A DNA stretch of 62,817 nucleotides, counting the filler, from Aduncisulcus paluster (taxonomy: Eukaryota), in NCBI GenBank assembly GCA_024181965.1. It is 11 parts of 11 records of this genome, joined end to end, with 100 filler letters (N's around TTAATTAATTAA, not from the genome) between each part and the next. Parts side by side here need not be neighbours in the genome. Positions count along the whole stretch, not along the records: positions 7,233 to 23,149 come from BQXS01011457.1; 10 more parts are not named here. One strand, 5' to 3'. The stretch's first letter is position 1, and each line of letters opens with the position of its first letter. A program made the position numbers and the translations under genes. The notes under the pieces are model-generated. The model saw only the letters and a list, made by a program, of their open reading frames with translations. It was not told the origin of the DNA and ran no database searches. This document shows positions 10,201-21,393 of the stretch, piece after piece.

Positions 10201-12705
10201 CTCTGATTTAATGGTGGGCTACATATCATTTTTGAAAAAGAGATATATAATGGTATTATAAACAAATCGAGAGATAATATTGTAAAATAAGATTAGCGTG
10301 AATCGTATCAAATAATAAAACAAAGAAATGCGAAAATATTAAACCAATAAAATATAATAAACATACAGCTTTAGACCATTGTTCCCGAATACAACGTTCT
10401 TCAGGGGTTTCTTCTCGAAAGAATACGAGGGAGGGGATGTCAAAGTGTCGACTATTCTTCTTATTCCACCTTCCTTTCCCTTCAATCTCACACAATACAA
10501 CATTATCCAAATCAATAGGAAGGAAGTGCCATTCAAATTGATGTTCAGGTCTTGTGAATTCATACTTCTTGAATGTCTTCTTACCATCACAATCAGTGAA
10601 AGTGAAGAGAAGAGAGGGTGAACTGGAATCATTATCTACACAGATATAAGCACCTTTCATTGGACTAGGTGATGGGAAAGGGATGGAAAGATGGGATAAG
10701 GATACTCTATCTTCCCCTTTCAACATTTTTTGTGCACCTGAACTCTGATCATAATACTCAGATTCCTTACAAAACGCATCATTCTTGCACTTAACCATTG
10801 AGAATGGAGAATCTACGGGCTTTGAATCATCACGTGGAATGGGAATAGATTCTCTACCTTGAGATTTTCTATCTCCTTCCTGAACAAACTCTGGTTTCAC
10901 AACTGGGGCTTCAGACCAGAGTTTCTCTCTGGCTCACGAGATTTGATTTCTTCAGGAGTTTCTTCTCTACTTATGAAAACAAGGGAGTCGATTCTAAAAT
11001 ACTCTTTCTTTCTTCCTTTCCCTGTAATCTCACACAGAATAACATCAGGGAGATCAATAGGGAGAAAGAACCAGCTCCAATGATAACTTCTAAATTCAGG
11101 AAATTCATATTTTTTAATTGTTTTCTCCCCCTTTGAAGATGTAAGAGAGAAGATAAGGTGTGAAGGAGGTGATTCTCCTGTATCTCTTCCTCCAATACAA
11201 ATGTAAGCACCTTTAATGGGAGTTGATGTGGAGAAAGGAAGGGAGATATCTGTAAATTCTGCGCAATGACCTAACCGATGAAATTCCTCTCCTTTCATCA
11301 TCTTTTGTGCATTAAAACTCTGATCATATTCTTCATCACCTTCTTCTTTGGTCCTATTCTTAGCTTCGATAACAGTTATATCAGGACTCTTAACATTCGG
11401 GGAATCTCGAGGAATTGGGAGACAAAAGTGATTTCCTTCATGAATAAACTTTGGTTTATCTTCTCGAATACAACGTTCTTCAGGGGTTTCTTCTCGAAAG
11501 AATACGAGGGAGCGGATGTCAAAACATCGACTATTCTTCTCATACCACGTTCCTTTCCCTTCAATCTCACACAATACAACATTATCCAAATCAATAGGAA
11601 GGAAGTGCCATTCATACCAATGTTTAGGTCTTGTGAATTCATACTTCTTGCATGTCTTCTTACCATCACAATCAGTGAAAGTGAAGAGAAAAGAGGGTGA
11701 ACTATCATACTTGTTCACACAGATATAAGCACCTTTCATTGGACTAGGTGATGGGAAAGGAATGGAAAGATGGGATAATTTCACCCTACTTTCGCCTTTC
11801 AACATTTTTTGAGCTTTTTCACTTTGGTCATACTCCTCAGATTCCTTTCTATACGAATCATTCTTGCACTTAACCATTGAGAATGAAGGATCTACAAGCT
11901 TTGGATCATCATGTGGAATGGGAATAGAATCTTTCCATCCTTCCTTAACAAACTTTGGTTTCACAACTGGAGCTTCAGACCATAGTTTCTCTCTAGCTTC
12001 ACAAGCTTTGATTTCTTCAGGTATTTCTTCTCTACTTATGAAAACAAGGGAGTAGATTCTAAAAGACTCTTTCTTTCTTCCTTTCCCTGAAATCTCACAT
12101 AGAACAACATCAGGGAGATCAATAGGAAGAAAGAACCAGCTATCATTTTCTAATTCAGGAAATTCATATTTTTTAAACATTTTCTCCCCCTTTGAAGATG
12201 TTAAAGAGAAAATAAGGTGTGATGGGGGTGGAGAAATGGATGATTCTCCTCCAATACAAATATAAGCACCTTTAATGGGAGTAGATGTGGAGAAAGGAAG
12301 GGAGATTTCTGTAAATACTCCTCCATTACCCTCTCCTTTCATCATCTTTTGTGCTGCAGAACACTGATCATACCCATTATCACCTTCTTCCTTGGTCCTA
12401 TTCTTAGCTTCAATAACAGTTATATCAGGACTCTTAACATTTGGGGAATCTAGAGGAATTGGAGAGCTAGATAAATAACCTTCATGAATAAACACTGGTT
12501 TAACTTCTTGAATCTAACAAATTTAATTGAGTTTTTGGTGGAAATAAAGCAATAAAAAACACCCGAAACAGAAAATGGGTTATGAAAGCAATATGGGCAT
12601 TATTTTTCAAATTAATGATATAAAACATCATAAAATGTATAAATTCAAAAACTTTCAGAAACATACAATATCTTGGCTACGTTCTGAGCTTGGTTTTGGA
12701 TCCAT
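7233..12705 (-). CDS. Multi-exon Ser/Thr kinase with eight N-terminal tandem DOC/APC10-like domains; 3'-truncated; one frameshift
   Basis: Exons 12705-12667 (MDPKPSSERSQDI), 12513-10367, 10218-9682, 9532-7233. Phase-0 GTATGT..TAG introns 12666-12514, 10366-10219, 9681-9533 join the ORF-track pieces in frame. One base missing near 10935. Kinase motifs IIGYGGFGEV, VLKK, HRDVKPDN, SDLG. Confidence 0.85.
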
Positions 12706-13344
12706 TGTGTTCTAAAATGTCTATGATGAGAACACGAACGATAATAAAAATAATATGATAATTTTAACAAAGAATGTCACCACAATCATCGAACATGAAG
12801 TGAGTTTCAAGGAGGAAATGAGGACAAGAACAAAAAAGAACAGCCGGCGAGAGAACCAGTGAATAAAACATGGTGATTATGGATTGACAAGAAGTTAATA
12901 TCCAACTAACGAAAAATTATGACATACAATATTTTCAATATTTCTTTTACAACAGGAAGAAATGAAGTTTTAGAATTCAAAACTCTGTATAATAACAATG
13001 CAAGATGACATTGCAGAATATATCGATTAAAAAATATAAATGGTTTCTTTCTAACATATATTGGATATCAATCTTGTCATTCCACTCCTGACACAAAATC
13101 GTTTCCTAAGTCCCGAGTTTTGTTCACATATTGTATTGTAAAGTTTTATTGTTTGATGATAAGTTTTGGGTTTAATCTGTGAATGTTGTGGATTTATTGG
13201 TAGATGACTATACTTGTCTGATTCCTGGTTTTCCCCCTCCAGAGCTTGTTTGAAAATGTAATATCATTTGTTTTAGATTTTTTTGTTTTAAATTCTCTGT
13301 TGAGAGTTAGTGAATCTTTAGTTTCCTTTCCAAGTGGTGTAATA
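12534..13344. repeat. ~810-bp repeat copy A (upstream region, exon 1 and most of intron 1 of the kinase gene); candidate terminal inverted repeat
   Basis: Colinear with 57731-58541 with scattered substitutions; homology stops abruptly after CCAAGTGGTGTAATA. Confidence 0.9.
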
Positions 13345-13744
13345 TATATATATAAATATCATATTTATATGGCATATATATATATTGCTGATATATTTGC
13401 ATGCCTCGCAAGCCATGTGTTTTCAATATATCACAGCTATTTCTTTGAGATCTAACAGAATTTATTTTATTTTCGTCAACAACTCGATAATCACCATTTC
13501 TCCCTAAATCCACTAAGTGGATTCCACTTAAAAAATTGAAGAAATATCCTCACTCTCACTCTTACGAACAACCATAATCTCTCAAGCTATAACTTAAGAT
13601 GTATTTCCACTCAATATTTTATGATTGTAGATAAAGACCAAAATAAAGTTCTGAGAAAGTGTTAGATTAGGATGTTTTACTTATTGTAATTGAATGACAT
13701 CTAAGAAGAGTGATTTCACAATATCTGAGCGCACTTATGACCTC

Positions 13745-16429
13745 TTAAGGAGCTAATTTAACCGGGACAAGATCCCACATTTCAGCGTATTCTTTGATTG
13801 TTCTGTCAGAAGAGAAATGGTAACTCTTGCTGACATTCATAAGCATCTTACGAGCCCACTCAATCCTATCGATATACAAGGCATCAACTTCGTCCTGAAT
13901 ATCAAGGTAAGCAGCGAAATCATGAGCAACACAGAACCAATCTTTACCACTTCTAATGGTATCAGTAATAGGTTTAAAGTACTCTTGGCAACCGAACATA
14001 CCACTGTCGATGGCATCAAGGGCATCAATAAGACGGGGGTCAAGCTCTTCAGTGAGAGTACCGCTCTGGTATCCCTTCCTAACCTCAATAATCTCAGTCT
14101 TTGAGGCACCAAAGAAGAACACGTTATCCTCACCGACATGATCACCAATCTCGATGGAGGCTCCATCACGAGTGGCAACAAGCAATCCACCGTTCATGCT
14201 TGCTTTCATGTTACCGGTTCCGGCGGCTTCCATACCGGCGGTGGAGATTTGTTCAGAAATATCAGATCCAGGGAAAATAAGCTCTGCAGATGATACGTTA
14301 TAGTTGGGGATGAAAACAATCTTTAAGAAGTCAGAAACATCACGGTCATGGTTGACAAGTTCACCAACAGATGTGATCAATTTGATAATTCTTTTGGCTC
14401 TGTCATAACCAATGGCGGCCTTTCCAGCGAATAAACACATCCTTGGGACAACGTTGGCATCCTTGAGTTCCTTGATAGCAGCTTGACGAGCACTTTCAAC
14501 ATCCATTTTCTTGGAATACTCAGCAGTGGCTTCCACAACAATACGCTTGATACTCAGGAAACGGACAATGACATGGAGAATGTTCAACAATTGTCTCTTG
14601 TACTCGTGGATTCTCTTGACTTGGGTGTCGAAGAGCATATCGGGGGAGACGTCAACATCACAGGTCTCCTTGATGAACTCAGCAAGACGAGTCTTGGCAA
14701 CGTACTTGACCTCCAAGAGTTGCTCGAGGGCAGCACGGGACTGGGAGAGCTCAGCAAGCTTGGCAAGGTGGTGCAACTGAACAGGCCACTCTTCCTGACT
14801 GCAAACAACTCCAAGTTGCTCAAGATGACGGTAAATAAATTCAGAGAGGGCAGGGTTCGCTTGAGCAATCCATCTACGGGGCGTGACACCGTTAGTGAAG
14901 TTCACAATCTTCTCAGTTCCGTAAAACTCCTCAAAGTCACGGAATAAGGAAGCCTTAAGGATATCAGTGTGGATACGGGCCACACCATTCACCTTGTTGG
15001 AACCAACGATGGCAAGGTTGGCCATACGGATACGTTGTTGGTCACCTTCAGAGATTAAGGACATACGACGGATTCTGTCGACGTCTCCAGGGAACTTCTT
15101 CTCGACTTCTTCAAGGAAACGGTGGTTGATCTCGTAAATGATCTGCAAGTGTCTTGGGAGCATCATCTTGAACATATAAACAGGCCACTCCTCAAGAGCT
15201 TCAGGCAACACAGTGTGATTAGTGTAGAAGCACATCTTACGAACAATCTCGAAGGCTTCGGTCCACTCAAGTCCTCTGTAACCAATAGTTTCAATATCGG
15301 CACCATCAATAAGAAGACGCATCAACTCGGGGATAGCCATGGCAGGATGGGTATCGTTGAGCTGAATAGCGAAGTGCTTGGGGAGATCCTTGGCCTCAAT
15401 GCCTTGGGACCAAGCCTTGCTGAGGATATCTTGGAGGGAAGCAGACACAAAGAAGTACTCTTGCTTGAGCCTCAACCTCTTACCTTCCTCGGATTGGTCA
15501 CCAGGATAGAGCACATAGGTGATATTCTCGGACAGGGCCTTGCTCTTGACGGCAGCGAGGTAGTCTCCGCTGGCATGGGCATCAAGGGAAAGCTCACTGG
15601 AGGCACGGGCAGACCACAGACGCAAGTGGTTGACATTGGCAGTGCAGGATCCTGGGATCAAAGTATCGTATGCCACGGCGTTAACAACTTCACCACCTTC
15701 CCAGTCGAACACGGGGCGACCGGTGGTGGGGTCAGTTTTATGGGAAGTGTGACCATAGAAACGGATGGGGTATGTGAGTTTAAAACGCTCAATTTCCCAA
15801 GGGTTTCCTCTTCTCAACCAGTTCTCAGGCTTCTCAACTTGGAATCCTTCCATGATGGTTTGCTCAAACATACCGAAATTGTACCTCAAACCATATCCAA
15901 CGGCAGGAAGGGACAGAGTGGCAAGTGAATCAATGAAGCAAGCAGCAAGACGACCAAGACCTCCGTTACCCAAAGCCATGTCGCTTTCTTCGGCCTGAAT
16001 CTCCTCCAAAGAGAAGGAAAGCTCCTTGAGAGCAGCTCCATAGGGACCGGTCAAACCAATGCTGTAGAGAGAATTTGTCAGAGCTCTACCCATCAAAAAC
16101 TCAAGAGAAAGGTAGCATACGGTTTTGGCACGAGTCTCTTCATATTTCTTCTGGGTCTTGTTCCACCGATCGAGCATACGGTTACGAATAGAAGTAGCAG
16201 TGGCTTGGAAGATTCCAAACACAGCACAATCCTTTTGAGTCCTTCCAAGAGAAAACTTGACATATGAAACAATATCAGCCATAATGGTATCTTTGTCACC
16301 ACGAGGTGCAGACACCATCAAGTGGGTGAAAGCAGGAGAAGGAGGTCTAGCATGACCCTTGGATTTTCCACCTGGAATTGGAGGTTTTTTCTGTCCAGAC
16401 TTCAAATATTTGAGTTGTTTCCCAAGCAT
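13745..16429 (-). CDS. glgP: Glycogen/alpha-glucan phosphorylase (GT35)
   Basis: YLSLEFLMGR, LGNGGLGRLAACF, IQLNDTHP, NGVTPRRW, QVKRIHEYKRQLLN and PLP-lysine motif EAAGTGNMK. Start uncertain (MLGKQ at 16429 or downstream MVSAP). Confidence 0.97.
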   Translation of the reverse strand: MLGKQLKYLKSGQKKPPIPGGKSKGHARPPSPAFTHLMVSAPRGDKDTIMADIVSYVKFSLGRTQKDCAVFGIFQATATSIRNRMLDRWNKTQKKYEETRAKTVCYLSLEFLMGRALTNSLYSIGLTGPYGAALKELSFSLEEIQAEESDMALGNGGLGRLAACFIDSLATLSLPAVGYGLRYNFGMFEQTIMEGFQVEKPENWLRRGNPWEIERFKLTYPIRFYGHTSHKTDPTTGRPVFDWEGGEVVNAVAYDTLIPGSCTANVNHLRLWSARASSELSLDAHASGDYLAAVKSKALSENITYVLYPGDQSEEGKRLRLKQEYFFVSASLQDILSKAWSQGIEAKDLPKHFAIQLNDTHPAMAIPELMRLLIDGADIETIGYRGLEWTEAFEIVRKMCFYTNHTVLPEALEEWPVYMFKMMLPRHLQIIYEINHRFLEEVEKKFPGDVDRIRRMSLISEGDQQRIRMANLAIVGSNKVNGVARIHTDILKASLFRDFEEFYGTEKIVNFTNGVTPRRWIAQANPALSEFIYRHLEQLGVVCSQEEWPVQLHHLAKLAELSQSRAALEQLLEVKYVAKTRLAEFIKETCDVDVSPDMLFDTQVKRIHEYKRQLLNILHVIVRFLSIKRIVVEATAEYSKKMDVESARQAAIKELKDANVVPRMCLFAGKAAIGYDRAKRIIKLITSVGELVNHDRDVSDFLKIVFIPNYNVSSAELIFPGSDISEQISTAGMEAAGTGNMKASMNGGLLVATRDGASIEIGDHVGEDNVFFFGASKTEIIEVRKGYQSGTLTEELDPRLIDALDAIDSGMFGCQEYFKPITDTIRSGKDWFCVAHDFAAYLDIQDEVDALYIDRIEWARKMLMNVSKSYHFSSDRTIKEYAEMWDLVPVKLAP

Positions 16430-16908
16430 ACGTAGTACAATTTGATTAATTTTTTGATGATCTTCGCAAATTATTTTCAGAGACAAAATAATTAGATTTA
16501 ATCACATAATAAATTGCAACATAACCAATTCAATTTTTTGCCAATGACAGATTTATGATATTTATTTGCTTTCCGATTTTGATTATCACGGCTAAAGTGT
16601 TTTTGCCACATGTTTACTGCAATATTTTTGAAAGATTTTTCCATATTTTTGCGGATAATTTCTTTAGTTTCTCTGAACTATGATTGAATAACTCAGGAGA
16701 AAGTCAATCCCATTTGAAGCCTGTATGCATTGAAAAAAATGTATCACAACACATATTAGTGAGAAATAAAAATTCAATCAAGGGAAAAAACGAGGATATA
16801 CATAAACGCAGTCAATTCACGTCGATAGGCAGTGGAATAAAAATAGATTTGACTGTCGTGGCATATCACCCTTTTTTTGCATAACACTTTAAGCAAAATT
16901 AACAAAAA

Positions 16909-17370
16909 ATGGATTTCGATCAATGGCAAGAGTATTTCCTCTCTAAATTTTATCATCAAGATGACGAAAACCCTCTTAAACGTACTCCTAAAGAAGTAGT
17001 TCCTGACGCCGCTCTTTATGGAATGGATGGAACTATGTGGGGTTGTACTTATGAAAAAGAAGGTGATTTTTACATTGACACCGATGCCCTTAAGGTTCTC
17101 ATGGGTGGAATCTCAGGAGACGAAGCCATTTTCTCTGGTTTCAAATGTCACGAACAAAAGTTTGTATTCATTAAGTCTGCCAAGAACCCCGATGATTCTA
17201 TCAAATGGTTATACTTCAAAGCCCCCGAGGATCGTGGTGCCTTCGTTTGGGTTAGTCCCGGCCGTGAGTGCTTCGTCTTTGCTTACCATGCCCCTGGAAG
17301 AGAGAATCAAGCTAACAGCTCCATGATGATTAGCAGATTCATGAGGACCATGGAAAAGGCTGGATACTAA
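16909..17370 (+). CDS. Profilin-like protein
   Basis: 153 aa; N-terminal WQEY, AALYGMDGTMW, central GFKCHEQKFVFI, C-terminal helix ending AGY, all profilin-like. Confidence 0.7.
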   Translation: MDFDQWQEYFLSKFYHQDDENPLKRTPKEVVPDAALYGMDGTMWGCTYEKEGDFYIDTDALKVLMGGISGDEAIFSGFKCHEQKFVFIKSAKNPDDSIKWLYFKAPEDRGAFVWVSPGRECFVFAYHAPGRENQANSSMMISRFMRTMEKAGY

Positions 17371-17864
17371 TGAAAATGAAAAATCATGCATAATTGGAAG
17401 ATATTTAAAATAAAAATCAACTAAACAAAAATATTTTTTATCATATTGGTAGTTTCTGGATCCAGATGCTAGAATAATGTTATATTTTCGAATTCCTGGC
17501 TGATTTCATAGATTTGTTCGTTTTGTCTGTTCTACAATTACTCCACAATTTTTTACCAACCTATTTTTACTCTCATTGATGTATATTAGGTGAAATATTG
17601 CCTTGTATACCCGAATTGTGCTATATTTTCAGTTCCTTCTATTCTGTTCGCGAAGTTCACAACTTCGTAGGGAAGTTCCCTACTAACACGATACCGATCC
17701 GTAATAATCAGATAAAATTGATTCCCTACTTCGATAAATTAAGTGTAAACATGTTCAAACATTTCAAAAATTTATTATTTGTCATCTAACAAAGATTCAG
17801 TGACCCAATCTCAACAAATGCCATCTGCACAGCAATTTAAATCAATACATACAAGGAATATTGA

Positions 17865-20741
17865 TTATTCCATACCGATACGCATAGTTTCCATAACCCA
17901 TTGGATATGAACAGCCTTATCCGAAGCCTCACAAATCTTGATTGCCCCATCCAAAGCATCAATTCCTTGTTCGAGAGGATCCTGATCTTTAATGATCTTC
18001 TTAACCTTGACCAAAGCAGCGAGTAAATCGTCTCGTTTCGAAGGGCAACACATACATATCAATTCAAGCAGCCAAACTATACGTTTAACAATATTGATGT
18101 GAGCCTTTGAGACACTTTGGAAAACCCCTTCGTATAAGAAGGAAGCAAACTGCACAATTACATCCACAACTCCTTTACGAGCTTGAGCAGAAGGGAAAGG
18201 AGTGCTTGGGCTGATCATTTGACTGAAAATAACTTTCCCTAGTCTCACCAGAGTACCCTCACAGGCCTCAATTGCTGACAAACACACATCTTCTGAAGGG
18301 TCAAACAAAGATCCAGGCAGATATGAAGCAGATAGGAGAGATCTTGAGTAAGCTGAGCATGAGGGAATAGCCATAGCAAGCTGTGGTAAAAGAGATTCGA
18401 TTTGAGGAGGGAGTTTGTATGGAATTGGAGGGGGAAAAGATACGAAATTGATTGGAGATATCAAATATTTTGTCGCATAAGCGCATTGCATTTCCTTGAG
18501 CAATCCTAATTGATCCATTTTTTGCAGACAGACAGAGAACATATCGGCATCATATGCATCATCAAAGAGCTTATTTATGGTAGAGGAATCAAGCATCTCT
18601 TGCTCTTTTCTAGAGTGTCCTGAAGAAGCTATTATCCCCGTGTCTGCTTCATCTTTCACCCTTTGAGTTTCTTTCTTCACTCTCTGAAGACCGTACTCTT
18701 TGAGGACACATAGGGAGAACACTGCATGAGGGAGAGAGTCAAGGGAGATGAAAGGAGAGAGGATATGAGTGAGGGTAAGAGCTGACATGAATACTTTCTC
18801 AGTGACACGAGATACACAGGCTTCAACCGTTTGCTGTGTCTTGGATTCCCTTTCATCCTCTCCAAGGATAAGCACATAAGAGTACATCTGTCCAAAAGTG
18901 GATCTCTTCTCTTGCTCTGCCTTGTATGACATGATGCGATGCATTGTTGTGAACAAAGTCTCAACCAACTTCTGAGGAATAGGATTGGAAGTGTCATATA
19001 AGGTTGTAATGGCATTAGCAAATAAATATATGGTATCGTCACACACTACAGAGGCCAAATGAACCAAAAGAATGGTTTCCTTCTCCTTGCATGAGCCTTC
19101 TCCTCCTCTCCCATCAGCCTCCATTCTTCTAAGCATCTTGACAGCCTCACAAATCATGTTAATCTCATTCATACTAACAGATATACGGGTGAGAGTCAAC
19201 GAACAGAGAACAGAGAGCAGAGAGTTGAACTTAAGAAGGGAAAGAAGAAGGATTGAGCAACATATGCCTTCAAGGCCTTCTCCAACAACACCAAGAGAAA
19301 GCAACATAATGGAACACAAATAGCATCCGACAATGCAATTGCCATCATCCTGTTCGTTCACACTCTTGAAGGAATGGAGAATCCGATCACTATCGAAAGA
19401 AACCGATCCAAATATAGAACGAACACAACTCCTCAGCATATCTGAGAAACGATGGAGTGTGTCATGAGTATGTTTCTCCATCAATGGGTCCTTGGCACGT
19501 TCATCCTTATATTCGTTGAGATATCCGAAAATATGGGGTACAATGATGCTGCTCAGGCAGAACCGAGAGATATCGTCACTATGCTGAACAAAGACACTCT
19601 CATTCATTAAACGGGAGTCAACGAAGCTCTTCTCAACAGCCTCAGATGTAATACACGGGAATAGGACAGAAATATCATCACTGTTCTTGAGAAGAAGCTC
19701 TGGAGGGATACCAACGCACAGCAAAAGTCCAATACGACAGTTGGGATTGGTGCTGAGAACTGAATTCTCAAGAGCGGATACGTTTTGCATCTCCTCTTCT
19801 CCTCCACCGGTCTCAATTCTCTCATGTTCACGAGCACGTTGAGTCAAGCACTGACAGGCAGTGACGGCAAGAGTCTCGAAATAGGTCAATGGAGCAGTAG
19901 ATGAGGGGCTAGCAGAGATTAAAAATGGTTTAACTTTGTCAAGACAGACATGACAAGCGGCTGAAATGCTTTGGATGATCGTGTGAGCAAGACGTCCGTT
20001 CGTGGCAACATTCTTGAGCAAACGATCAAAGTTTGAAGGGAATACCTGTTTAGATGACACCATACCGGGAGAAGAATCGGGAGTCATCTGTGGAGAAACC
20101 TTAGAACTGCTGTGGACAAGCTCACCAACTCCAAAACCGCCACATTCCCATAGACACATTAAACTATCCTGGGTTCCGATGGATATGAGCATATCTCCTC
20201 TGATAACATCATTTCCAAAGGAAGGAGGCAATTGTTTAATTGTGTTATAGACTTGTTGTCTGAAACGATCAATAGTGAAGCGGCTTGAGACAAGAAGGGA
20301 GTAAATGGATGGATAAATGGGAGAAATATCGTGTTTGGGCAAAAGAGATGTCAGAATTGAGTTGTTAATACTCAAAAGACGATAAGTATCACTGTCTGAA
20401 ACAGTGTTTTTGGCAAGGGAATAATAGATACCTATAGCTAACTTAAGGAAAATTACAGTTAAAGGAGAAGTTGAATCGATTAAAAAATGAGAGAATTTGG
20501 GTTTCATCCTAAAAATAGTGATAATTTTTTCGGTATAATCATATTTGCTCGAATCAGAATAAAAAGTGGTTGGAGTGGTTTCATATGTTTGTTCGTTGAG
20601 CTGTAAAAGCTGAACTAATGCATCATTTGTTGCGTTTCCAATAAGTTTATGGTGATCTGGGCCAATAGTTTCTAATGTCACAGCTTTCGCGTAATCAACA
20701 CAAATACCGTACCATTGTTTGTATATTATTTCGCCGTTCAT
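17865..20741 (-). CDS. Large hypothetical protein (~958 aa), probably alpha-solenoid
   Basis: Uninterrupted 2.9-kb ORF, Leu/Ser-rich; no family recognised. Likely start MNGEII. Confidence 0.75.
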   Translation of the reverse strand: MNGEIIYKQWYGICVDYAKAVTLETIGPDHHKLIGNATNDALVQLLQLNEQTYETTPTTFYSDSSKYDYTEKIITIFRMKPKFSHFLIDSTSPLTVIFLKLAIGIYYSLAKNTVSDSDTYRLLSINNSILTSLLPKHDISPIYPSIYSLLVSSRFTIDRFRQQVYNTIKQLPPSFGNDVIRGDMLISIGTQDSLMCLWECGGFGVGELVHSSSKVSPQMTPDSSPGMVSSKQVFPSNFDRLLKNVATNGRLAHTIIQSISAACHVCLDKVKPFLISASPSSTAPLTYFETLAVTACQCLTQRAREHERIETGGGEEEMQNVSALENSVLSTNPNCRIGLLLCVGIPPELLLKNSDDISVLFPCITSEAVEKSFVDSRLMNESVFVQHSDDISRFCLSSIIVPHIFGYLNEYKDERAKDPLMEKHTHDTLHRFSDMLRSCVRSIFGSVSFDSDRILHSFKSVNEQDDGNCIVGCYLCSIMLLSLGVVGEGLEGICCSILLLSLLKFNSLLSVLCSLTLTRISVSMNEINMICEAVKMLRRMEADGRGGEGSCKEKETILLVHLASVVCDDTIYLFANAITTLYDTSNPIPQKLVETLFTTMHRIMSYKAEQEKRSTFGQMYSYVLILGEDERESKTQQTVEACVSRVTEKVFMSALTLTHILSPFISLDSLPHAVFSLCVLKEYGLQRVKKETQRVKDEADTGIIASSGHSRKEQEMLDSSTINKLFDDAYDADMFSVCLQKMDQLGLLKEMQCAYATKYLISPINFVSFPPPIPYKLPPQIESLLPQLAMAIPSCSAYSRSLLSASYLPGSLFDPSEDVCLSAIEACEGTLVRLGKVIFSQMISPSTPFPSAQARKGVVDVIVQFASFLYEGVFQSVSKAHINIVKRIVWLLELICMCCPSKRDDLLAALVKVKKIIKDQDPLEQGIDALDGAIKICEASDKAVHIQWVMETMRIGME

Positions 20742-21393
20742 TGATATAATGTTGTTTTGTTTTGAAAAAATTGTAGATTTGCGAAGAAAAAGTAAAATGA
20801 TCAAAGTGAATTCTTCTAATAAGCTGTGCATTTCATCTATTTGAAGAATAAATTTATTGGTTGAAATTGTTAAATTGATTAAAGAACCAGTATTCTTGAA
20901 TAATTGATCTCATATATATTAATTATACAAACACTTGGAGGAGAACCGTTCCGAACGGAGAGTCTCCCTTTAAGTGACTCAAAACTTTTCTGATTGATCA
21001 AAATCAGAATTTTTACGAATAAAAATTGGAAATATAATATATATTAGCCCATTTCCCAACAATATAACGCCATCTAAAAACTATTTTGTAAAACGCCACT
21101 TGAAGCTATTCAAGAGCCAATTGGTATCTTGCAAAAGGCATTTTACAAATATTTTTAAAGTATGATTACTTTTCCTAACTTTAAATTAAAAATAAGGTAT
21201 CTATTGAACGGTAGAAAAACAACACTCATTGTTATTATAATAATTCACAGAAATATGGTACTATTTGAATTAATTAAAAACATTTTCAACGTTTAATTTT
21301 ATGCATCCATGGATGTCTGCTCATATTTTTTTTTTCGGTACACAAAAACTCCAGAAGGTTTTCTACCATTATTTGATTGCTTACTACTTCAAC

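Noticed and set aside
8030-12513. Diversity-generating retroelement behind the hypervariable repeats
   Set aside because: No reverse transcriptase or non-coding template repeat in the window, and changes are not clearly adenine-restricted.
14483-15928. Antisense ORFs over phosphorylase (also over HSP70 and ProRS)
   Set aside because: Expected by-product of codon bias in conserved genes; no motifs of their own.
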